This document shows, in pieces, positions 41,331 through 52,156 of a stretch of 64,000 nt of DNA (positions are counted from its first letter, which is position 1; the number at the start of each line of letters is the position of its first letter). The notes below the pieces were generated by a model, which made no database searches, was not told the DNA's origin, and saw only the letters and a program-made list of their open reading frames with translations. The DNA is from Psilocybe cubensis. Lineage: Eukaryota. The stretch covers positions 1,736,001-1,800,000 of the forward strand of contig CM039000.1 of NCBI GenBank assembly GCA_017499595.2, in the 5' to 3' direction. The position numbers were made by a program, and so were the translations under genes.

Positions 41331-41647
41331 CCTGAACACTGTTTGTTAGATCCGTTCTTATTTAAACCACATTGTTTCATCTTCCAACATTCTCACCTTA
41401 TATCCACTTTGTACACCAAATACACCCTAATCACCATGCTTGTTCAAGTTATCTAATCATGGCTCCATTCGTCCCACCATGAAACCAACTAAAAACATTT
41501 TTCAATTCAATTTCCTGTTAATACTTTGGATCTCACATGATATATTTTCGGTACTGCACAACTATATTCATACATTCAAATACACGGGTACATCTCGCAT
41601 TAACTTCAGAGGTATAGGAAACCCACACTACTCTGTAAAGGCGTGGT

Positions 41648-43916
41648 TTAACTGGCGTATTGAGAGGCACGAGTGCCTTCAAGAGGCCGGTATGGGGTAT
41701 ACTTTGCTTTCTGAGTTTGGACCTTCTTGTACGCACTAGCATTAGTGCCTTCAAAAGGGAACGAGTCGTCGGAAGATGTGGATCTTTCACGAGAGTGACC
41801 AAAGGTAGGTGTAAACGGACCTCGGTTCTGAGTCTCGACATCATGACCAGAACTCGACTGCTGCGATAGGAATATGTTATTCGTCTTCGACGCTCTGTCC
41901 CGTGAGGTCTCCCATGATTCCAGGAATTGAGACGGAAGTTCAATGGGACTGGAGGCTCTTATCGGTACCGTTTTGAAGAATGTCGACTGAGACTGATTGG
42001 TGAAAAGTTCTCCTTTGATTTGTGCATCATCCGTATCCATTGAAGGGGAACGCGGATCAGGTTCAACAAGCTGCCTATGACTGTGTTCAACCTGGATTAT
42101 GGCCTTTGAGGACTTATTAGCGCGTCCTTTACCAATCGAATCTTGGCTAGGACGAGAACGTGACGCAACAGCCACTGAATCGGCCTCAACTTGTTCCGTG
42201 CTTAGAATATTGACCGTTCCAGCACTGTTTGTGTTCTGCCGCTTAGAGTTAGTTTCTGGTGCATCAATGGACGCTTCAGAACGAGTTTTTGACTGTGAAC
42301 TTGGGTTTTGGCTATTGAAAGCACGAGGACGTCGAGCGGCCATCTTTGGAATGACACGCTTTGATCTGGCAGTCGTTGTCGTCGGAGGAATTTCTTTCGC
42401 TTTGGAGGCAGGAGGTTGACTTCGATATCTAGGAGGGGATGAAAGTGCTTGTGGTCCAGCCTGTTGCATCGGGGAAGGGTGTAAAGACATTTTGGGTGGA
42501 ATTGGAGTGGGCCATGGAAGAGCACCCGAAAACATTGGGCTGTTTTGACGAGAAGGCCCCTCATCATGCATGAACTTGGTGGTAACATTTGGCACGCTAA
42601 CATGGGAGTCTTGCAGAGGGACATTATCTAGCTGACGGTTTCGTTCTGGAGGCATAGGTATAAGATTTTGGTTAGATGGCCCTGGTTCATGCCCAAAAAG
42701 TTCATGATTTTCAGAGTTTGCATTGGTGCTGCGTTGACGCGATTTAGAAACGTGGGGTCAAAGAGTAAAGCAAGACACGGGACATACTTTTCAACGTCGT
42801 ATTCGTCGACTAATTCTTGTGGTTGAACTGCCCTTGCTTTGCCTTTTCCTTGTACTGGTCTTTGAGAACCATGGGAATGACCAGATTGTCTTGCCTTGAT
42901 ATTCTTTGCCGTACGCCGGGATTTTAAAGGACGTCTTTCTTCATCTCTCTCAGTGTCGTACCGGTTGTCATTTTCTTCTTCCTCTTGTTGTCCTGTTTCC
43001 TCGGCTTCTTCGTCCCATGTTTCTGTGTCTCCATCCTGGTCTTCGTCTTCGTCTTCAGTACTATCATGTTCTTGAATCCTTTTTCCATTGAGTCGTCTGT
43101 CATATATCCATAATTGATTTTGACTAGGAGCAGGATTTTGCGCCACTATTTCTTTTATCCTTCGGTTGAATGTTTGCCTACGCTTCTTGTACCTTTCTTT
43201 CCAAGACTCCGCGGTGTGTCGAGTTGCCCAGCCGCAAACTTCTGGATTCAACAATCCCTGTTCCACGTCAACGTTAGGGGAAAGTATATCAATGATTATG
43301 TGCAGGTGGGAATACCATTCTAACAAGGTCTTTATAAAAGTTAAGAGATAGCCGACCGCCAGCCTTTTCATCCGGAATGCTTTTGGCTATGTAATCTGCA
43401 AGTCTTTCATCATCATCTTCAGTAAACATCTGACGACTGTAATAGGGGGTTGTGCTGTCGTTAATACAAACGAAAAAGACAAGGCGGAAGGTACCCACCG
43501 ACTCCCAGGTCTAATTCCGTTCATACCCTGTCTTTGCGGATTGGGGTGACGATATTCCCCCCTTCCTATACACTTTCTGATAAAAGGGGAATATTCCACA
43601 AAGATTTTATGCAGCGTTGGATTCGAATCAGTGACATAGGATCTCTCCAACGTTCGTCTGTTTGCTTCGCCGTAATGTAGATCTACAAGAATTGTATCGG
43701 CACTAAAAACATCCTCCACAACGCGCCCACCATGTTCCTAATAGAGATGAAAGCATATGTTAGACTCCACGGTGCGCTGATACTATCACTGTGGGTGCGC
43801 ACCTCAATATCTGCTTTCAACTTTTGCTTTGTCCCATCTTTCTTAATAGAGTTGTGAAAGAAGAAGTTTATCGGTATGTCATCTCCATCTGTGAATATTT
43901 TAGATGGGCCTGACAT
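41648..43916 (-). CDS. Rap1-like protein (N-terminal BRCT, Rap1-type Myb domain, acidic patch, long disordered tail)
   Basis: LKADIE|EHGGRVV...ADTILV (BRCT) and FTEDDDERLADYIA...GGRLSLNFYKDL...HTAESWKERYKK (Myb). No RCT domain recognised. Confidence 0.75.
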
Positions 43917-44672
43917 GGCTCTAGCATGGGGTAGATAAACAGGTCAACACCAGAATATGGCCTCCTTGTTAGGTTGGATGTACTTTCAACGAATGGCTGC
44001 CGCGGTTAGGGACCACACCACGTGATGGGAAATATCTTCCAGTACCTCCTTGTTCCTCATCGCTCGAGCTGACACTGCAGCCTGCAAATGGCGTTGCAAC
44101 TTTCCATCTTTTGAGGGTTTATAATCGTCTGTAGCGTCTGCTCCTGCGTTTCCGCATTCTATTTTATAATTTTACCTTCTTTCCACTATATTCTGTTTTG
44201 TTATTGACCCCATGTTCATAGACCTGCCCTAAATCTCGAGTTTATAATGATTTTCCTGAGCAAGACAACCTCATCCCCTCTTGGTTTTTTACTTGTCAAT
44301 ACGTTTGCGCCGTGACTGACGAATCGACCAGGAGGCCCTCGCAGGAGATGAATTAATGGTGCAAGGCATAGACTACACCTCCGTATCCCCCATTCGCAGC
44401 TGCCTACTGTTGTTTGGGTTCGTTAGAGTGGTGCACATTTCTTTCGTTTTATGTAAAGTAGACACGCGCACTCCTGCAAATGCATTGATTTTCGTTCTCT
44501 ATTTGATTCTGTCGTGATCAGTAATAATAGGTCATCGAAGGGTCTAGATGTTTGTGCTTCCGTTTTGGCCACTTTGTAACTCCGGATTAGATATGTCTTA
44601 TGGGCTTGCGTGTATCTTGTTCTATCACTTACACGCCAATCTATTTCCTTCTCTCCCCCACCCATCTTGAGC

Positions 44673-47600
44673 ATGCCCTATAAATTGTCAGACACACTCA
44701 AGGCCCATACTTCAGATGTCCGTCTGTTTGGCGCATACCAGACTTTCAATTACTGATTGATTACAGGTCCGCGCCTTGACCACACCTACTGACCACCTCA
44801 TACTCTCTTCTTCTCGTGATTCGACCGCGATTTCCTGGCAAAGATCGCCTTCAGATCAGCAATTCAAGCCTCAAGTTGTTTTCCGAGCAGGATCTCGCTA
44901 TGTCAACTCCGTGGCTTATATCGCTCCTACCCCAGATGCGCCCAAAGGTATGCAAGTTTCCTTGTGAGCAACTCCTCTCGCAACTGTGATTGAACTCGTT
45001 GAAAGGTTACGTTGTTACTGGCGGACAAGACGCTGTAATCAATATATTCAATCTCGAGACGGCCAAGGATGATCCAGATTTTTGCCTCCTCGGACATCTC
45101 GAAAACATCTGCGCTCTCGACGTTACGCCTGGTGGCACAATCATATCAGGATCTTGGGATAAGTGAGTGCGAGTCCAGATCGTTGACGTATTGCATCGAT
45201 TCCATTTATAACATCGCATCCAAGAACAGCGAAGGTGTGGAAGAACTTCAATCTGACCCATGACCTGAAGGGACATCAGCAATCGGTCTGGGCCGTTCTG
45301 GCAATAGACGAAGAGCAGTATCTGACAGGTTCGAGGTGTGCTTTTATACATTAACATTTCGCTGACGCGTATATTGCGGTAGGTTCCGCCGACAGAACGA
45401 TCAAGTTGTGGCAACAACACAAAGTTCTCCACACCTTCACAGGACATACGGATGCCGTGCGTGGCCTTGCTCTTATTCCAGACATTGGGTTCGCTTCTTG
45501 CTCCAACGACAGGTGAGGCTGCTGCATACATTCCAGAGTATAGCTACTCACCCTTTCATAGTGAGATTCGAGTCTGGACCTTAGGGGGTGATCACGTTTA
45601 CTCGTTATCTGGCCATACGTCGTTCGTCTATAGTCTGTCTGTCCTACCCAGTGGCGACATTGTATCTTCAGGAGAGGATCGAACTGTACGCGTATGGAAA
45701 GGTAAGCACATGCGACCAACTATAAAATACTTGGTACTGATAACCAATAGATGGCGAATGTTCACAGACTATTGTTCATCCAGCCATATCGGTGTGGGCT
45801 GTATCAACGTTACCTAATGGCGATATTGTTAGCGGGTGTAGTGATGGCGTAGTACGTGTGTTCAGCGAAGCTGAGGAACGTTGGGCATCGGCAGAGGTTT
45901 TGAAAGCATACGACGATCAAATCGCCTCCCAGGCTCTACCATTACAGCAGGTCGGAGATGTGAAGAAAAGCGATCTTCCTGGCTTAGAGGCTTTGAAAAC
46001 ACCTGGCAAGCACTTCTAATTTTCGTTAATATGTTTGCTTTATTAAATGGTTTGTAGGGAAAAAGTCCGGAGAGGTAAAAATGGTCAAGAACGGCGAACT
46101 TGTGGAGGCGCATCAGGTGCGTGACTTTGAATTTGCCACGGTTAGGCGCTGTCTGAGATGTATCAGTGGGATAGCACCAGTTTTACATGGCAAAAAATCG
46201 GCGATGTCGTTGACGCCGTTGGTTCCGGCCGAAAACAACTCTACCAAGGAAAGGAATACGACTACGTTTTTGATGTAGATATCCAGGACGGGGTTCCACC
46301 TCTTAAATTACCCTACAACGTCGCAGGTTAGTCCTTGATTCGCTCGTCAACGTTCTATTTATTAACAGGGAAGCGAAGACAATCCATATGCTGCTGCTCA
46401 AAAATTCTTGCAAAGCAATGACCTGCCTTTGACATATATAGACGAGGTTGTCAAATTTATTGAGAAAAATACCGCGGGAGTCAATATTGGTACTAGTAAT
46501 GAGGAATACGTCGACCCATTTACAGGTAACGAAAACTTAAGGTACGGTATTCATTCAAAATTAAAATGTGTTGCACAGGTGCATCGAGGTACCGTTCTAC
46601 AACGACACCGGCAGCAGCACCTACGTCTCAATACATAGACCCTTTCACAGGAGGATCCCGATATGTTGCTTCACAAACTAGTGCAGCATCGACCGGACAA
46701 TCCCAATACGTCGATCCATTCACGGGCGCATCGAGATATGTGGCGTCTCCAGCAGCAGGGTCATCCGTATCGTCTGCTTCGTCTGGTGACCCGTTCACCA
46801 GAGCCTCGCAATATTCTGGAGCTTCCCAGTCCTCACAACCCGCACCTTCTGCCCCCGTCGCCAAAATCCTTCCTGTTGTATGTTGTCATAGAATCTCTAT
46901 ACCTGAATGATGCTGATAGCGGACATTTGTCTGTAGCCAAATCCTGTTACATTCAAGCAAGCCAATGTCAGTGCAATGCAGTCAAAATTATTCCAGTTCG
47001 ATGACGCCCTAAGGCATGAAATCGTACGTTCTCATTGATATGTACACTTTGATATGGCGCTGATGCGACAGGCATCTTTTATAGTCAACATCGTCCCTTG
47101 CGATGTATCCGAACGAGACACAGACCTTTGAAGAGACTTTCCTGTATCTGACACAGGCTACATCAACACCACCTGTGAGACCATCGTCGCCTCTCACGGC
47201 TACCCATGTAGAGGCAATCATATCTATCCTGGATCGATGGCCTCCATCCCAGCGATTCCCTGGTGAGTTATTTTCCCATCTTCTCCGACACCACGAACTA
47301 ACAAGTGAATCACAGTTATTGACCTAGGCCGGTTAGTGGTGGGATTCTGTCCTGAAGCATTCGGAGGACAAGGAACAGGATTGGAGCCGAATGTGCTGAA
47401 AGAACGGTTTGCAGAGGCACTGTTCCAGGCATCGGAATGGGGCACAGGATGGACACTCCCACTTCCGAAGGCGAGAGAGACGAATATGTTGTTGGTGTTA
47501 AGGACGCTAGCGAATGTGTTCAAGGAGGACGACGCCAGCAAGGGAAAGGACATGGATATCAGTATGGATGGAGGTTCCGAGGAAAGCTGGCTGGATAAAG

Positions 47601-48077
47601 TTTTGGAGACACTTGGCCTGGCACCGTATGAGATTTTTAATAAGACCCAGCGAGTTGCTTTTGCGACATTCTTGTTCAAGTGAGTTTTTTTTTTCTTTCA
47701 ATATTGGATACTGTTGTGATTTCTGGTTTTAATTTTCGATAGTTTATCGTGTCAAGGTCTGAGATCGCCTCTTGGGACCTCTACAAGGGATCAAGCTATT
47801 GGACTGATTAACAGGGTAGGTTATTTTTACTCCCATCGCTACAATTACGCGCTCAAGAATGTCTTGGCAGATCCTTGAGCAAGAAACGGCAGACTCGGAA
47901 GCGGTATACCGAGCGCTTGTGGCGCTTGGGAATCTGGCATACGCGGCAAAGAACTCAGGGAAAGGGCTTTCCGCTGGGCAGACTGGGGAGATTGCGCAGT
48001 GTCTCCAAGCGCTGCCAAGTCGGTTCCCAGACTCTCGAGTGAAGAACATATGTGTGGAAATTGGGGCCTTGATTTGA
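44673..48077 (+). CDS. DOA1: Doa1/Ufd3/PLAA (WD40 + PFU + PUL) Cdc48 cofactor
   Basis: WD40 repeats (GHTSFVYSL, SGEDRTVRVW), PFU YQGKEYDYVFDVDI...LKLPYN, DPFTG repeats, PUL DSEAVYRALVALGNL. Confidence 0.95.
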
Positions 48078-48336
48078 GGGGCAAAAAATGGGACGGGCTG
48101 TATTGGATTCTATTTTTTTTTTGGCGGGATGTGTGTATGCTCAGGCTTTTTTTTTTCTTGTTTGCTTGAGGTTCTCAGGTTATACATGCATTTTTTGGAC
48201 ACTGGAATGGATAAATTTGTTGTAAATGGACGAATGCTTATATAGACGAAATTGATACCGATAAGAGAGTGATCGATGAGGTCTCTGGTGCTATAAATAC
48301 AGGAAGGCCGTGAATAGATCCACACTACTTTGACCA

Positions 48337-49111
48337 TGACCAGACCGGCAGTGCGAGTAATCTTGGTGCGGCATGGCGAGACACGAGAAAATAAAGAAGG
48401 GATCATACAAGGACAGCGAAACACTGCGCTGAACGAGGTTGGCGAGGAACAGGCGAGAATGGTCGGGGAACGGCTCAAAGCTGAGAAGATTGACTGGCTT
48501 GTGAGCAGCGACCTGCAGAGGGCAGTCAAGGTTGGTCGCTGTAGCCGCGGGTGGAGAGGAGCTGACGGAGCGAGTTTGCAGACTGCAGAAGCCATTCAGA
48601 TGCACCATGCGGATACCAAGCTGGAGACCGATAGGGAGCTCAGAGAACGGGTGAGAAGAGAGATTCAGAGACTGCATGGCTCTGACGCTGATGACTGCAA
48701 GGACAGAACATGGGAGACATGGAGGGCCGGCCGGGGAGGGATCTGCGGGGAGGTCAGATGAGCGGGGGGGAGACGGTGGGCGGGTTCCGAGGGCGGGTGG
48801 TGGGGTGGTGGAAGAGGCGGGTTGTGATGAGGGGCGATGGGTTGAAGACTGTGGTGGTCTGCACGCACGGCGGGGTGATCACGACGCTCGTCGAGGCGCT
48901 GGTCGGGAGCCGACGGGCGGGGGCGGGGGCGGGGGCGGGGGCGGGGGCGGGGGTGCGCATCACGCGCAGCTGTCCCAACGCGAGTCTCACTGTGCTCGAG
49001 GTCGGAGCAGACGGCACGGCAACCGTTCTGGTGTACGCTGATGTCACTCATCTCAGTCTCACTTCCGACTCCAGCGCCGACTTCCAGCCACATACACGTG
49101 ACGTCACCTAG
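48337..49111 (+). CDS. Histidine phosphatase superfamily branch 1 (phosphoglycerate-mutase/TIGAR-like)
   Basis: LVRHGET, SSDLQRAVK|TA, LRER|NMG, VCTHGG, PNASLT; two GT-AG introns. Confidence 0.88.
48917..48952 (+). repeat. (GCGGGG)6 hexanucleotide repeat encoding (Ala-Gly)6
   Basis: Six perfect units read directly, giving six G5 tracts separated by single C. Confidence 0.97.
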
Positions 49112-49187
49112 CTCAGAGCTCTGCACTGCCTTGTCCATCTTAATCCTATTTTCTGTCCGAGGTCTCATCCTCTTATCCTTCTCCATT

Positions 49188-51383
49188 ATGCCTCCCTCAG
49201 AGTCGTCCCCGCTCCTTCCCAGCAATGGCACTGCCCACGCACCCTCTCTTTCCCACAAACTCACCGCCTTCCTCACTGCAGAGGGCGAGCCTTCCTTCCT
49301 CGAGTCCTATAGGTGGTTCTTTTTCGATTCATACTTTAACATTCTCCTCGTCTTTGTGCCCCTGAGCGCCATCGCCCACCATTTGAACTGGGATGCCGGA
49401 CTGCGCTTCACTTTTAGTTTTTTCGCCATCATGCCCCTTGCAAAGGTCCGTCTGCGTTCTTTCCGCGCGCGTCTGCGTCTCATTTCGATGCGACCCAGCT
49501 TCTGGGCGACTCCACAGAACAAATGTCTGCAAAACTTGGCCAGACCCTTGCTGGACTCTTGAATGCCTCTTTCGGAAACGCTGTCGAAATTATCGTCGGC
49601 GTCGCTGCTCTCCTTCAAGGTCAACTATTTACTTTGTCCGCTGCCTCGTCATTGCGCGTTTCTTATCCCTTTCGCGTTCAGATCAAGTCCGCATTGTTCA
49701 GACATCTGTACGTATTCATCTACGCCCTGTGACATGTCTATATTTATTATCTTGTCTAGATGCTTGGTTCTATTCTTTCCAACATTTTGCTCGTGTTGGG
49801 CTGCTCTTTCCTTGCTGGTATGCCGCAAGTCTCGCCATCTTGTTCCCTTTCCATGCTTACCTCATACCAGCCGGTGTCAAGCGGAGTGAAAGCACGTTCC
49901 AGGTTACTGCTGCTCAAGCGTAAGTCAACATGGCACAAACGTTGAATTTTATTCATTTTCTATCCCATTATAGCTCGAGTTCCGTATGTCTGCACGCCCA
50001 TGTTTGAAATTTCGCGTACTAACTTACCACAAAGCTCATGACATTGGCTTGTATCAGTAAGTTCAACCTCAGTGCCTATGGCCAAAATCCCGCAACAAGA
50101 TGCTGTGCTCAATTCAATAACTTTGTTCGGCATCAATAAATAGCACTCGTTATTCCTGCCGCCTACTCAAGCACATTGGGTGGTAAGCATCGTATATTAT
50201 GAAGTGCATTCTAGCCTCACCGCTCCTGTGTCCACCCCTCTTAGATACTTCTAACGAACATGGCCTCCTTGTGATTTCCAGAGGAACCGCTGTTGTCCTT
50301 TTACTCATCTATATTGCCTATCTTTACTTCCAAGTGTGTCGCAGAGTCTAGACAGTCACCCTGCATCGTCGTGACCTATTATTAATTTTACAGCTTAAAT
50401 CGCATGCTCATCTATATATACCTGAAAATGCTGACAGTTCTCCAGAGGAAGAGGAGCCCAAGATGAGCGTCGTCTCCGCATCCATCTCGTCAGTTTAATA
50501 TTTCTTTGCGTTTTATCTTCACTGATAATATTTGTGGTAGATTGCTCGTCGTAACTGTTGTCACGTCTTTCTGTGCTGATTACTGTAAGATTTTTGTTTT
50601 CTCGATTTCGTACTACATCCTGAACCTATTTCTCTCAGTGGTCGCCTCCATTGAAGAGTTCGCTGAAAGATATCATGTACCCAAAGCGTTCATTGGTTTG
50701 ATCTTGTTGCCCATTGTCGTACGTGTTAATCCATGTATTTTTTGTCTTGTTTAATCATTGTCGGACAATAGGCAAATGCGGCTGAGCACGTCACCTCTGT
50801 ATGGATGGCAATGAAAGACCAAATGGAACTCACCATTACTATCTGCGTTGGCAGCTCTATCGTACGTCCCTTTGCTACTTTTCCGACTTGGTTGTGAATT
50901 CGGTGAGGCTAACGGTTTCCTTGTAACTCTAGCAAATTGCATCATTTGTCGTCCCATTGCTGGTTATCGTCGGCTGGATGTATGTTTTTTCTTGTTCTCT
51001 CGTTTCCAGCAACAATAATGGCTCAAACTTCAATCAGCTCTGGCCACGAACTCACCCTCTATTTTGCAAACTTTGAAACTATTGTTCTTTTCGTGTCTGT
51101 GCTGCTCGTAAACACACTCATTCAGTACGTGTGATATGTGTTCTGTGCTTTTTTACTATACTTACCACTCTGCGATCCAGGGACGGAAAATCCAATTATA
51201 TGGAAGGCTTAATGTGCGTCGCATCTCTTCTACGCAATATAGGTTACTCATGTCCCACACTTACAATTAGGCTTGTCTCGTTATACTTTGTGATCTCGCT
51301 GGCTGGTATGGGTACTTTCCTTTACTTCCAAGTTTATTTCGCTAATCAATGTGATATTAAAATGCGCAGTTTGGGTGTCGTAA
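49188..51383 (+). CDS. VCX1: Vacuolar Ca2+/H+ exchanger (CAX family), highly fragmented by microexons
   Basis: Alpha-1 LLNASFGNAVE, LGSILSNILLVLG, QLKSH, alpha-2 LPIV|ANAAEH, GKSNYMEG. Confidence 0.93.
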
Positions 51384-52156
51384 ATTTGCAGCCTTCAGAG
51401 TACATTTGGACCTGTTATGTGCTGTCCACGCAAGCGCAATCTCTCGATATCAAACTCATATCTACCTACGTTTGATGCACGACGGTTGGTGTAATCTGGG
51501 GAATAATTAATTGTCACTGGATATACTATCTGGGATATACAAATTGGTTGAACTGAGGTTGTACGTAAATTTTGGTCTATTCATTGCGGAATCCAAATCA
51601 CATTTTTTGCTTTACATTTCCATTTATACCCTTCTCCCTTTCTCCGGGGATATTTTCTTTTGGCGCCTTTTCACTTGCATCATGATATTAGTTTCACTGT
51701 TTCGTAGGATCGGGGATCCCTGTTTGTTTTACCATTCTTTCTTCACAAATACCGCCAAGTGCCTTTGAAATTCGTGCTTCATTCTCTACTTTGTTGGCGT
51801 TGTATCTCATTATGTAGCTTATTGTTGTAGACCCTTGACATCTTTGCGATTCTTTTTTTTCCTAAACCGGTAGCAGCATCTCCAAAGTTTTCACAGGCTA
51901 CTCAAACGCCACGCCAAGCCAAGTGATCGAGTGCGCGTCTATCATGGTATGTGAGCCACACCCCTAGACGCCCACCACACCTGTCAATTAGGTGCGAACA
52001 TATGTTCTAGCACGCAACTTCCAAGTCAGGCCTTTGGACAATTCTCATACAAACAGTCTCGTTTTGTCATTTTTTCGGAAAGTTTAAAAAAGATAGAAGC
52101 TGTTGACTACAGTGCAAGAACTAGTTCCAGCTACAATGATTCGCTAGTCCTAATCA

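Noticed and set aside
44004-44011. GGTTAGGG telomere-like box upstream of the Rap1-like gene (autoregulation idea)
   Set aside because: A single 8-mer is expected roughly twice by chance across both strands of 64 kb.
48665-49276. Overlapping ORFs with poly-PR, poly-PA and poly-G
   Set aside because: These are alternative frames of the GC-rich phosphatase exon and its hexamer repeat, with no independent coding evidence.
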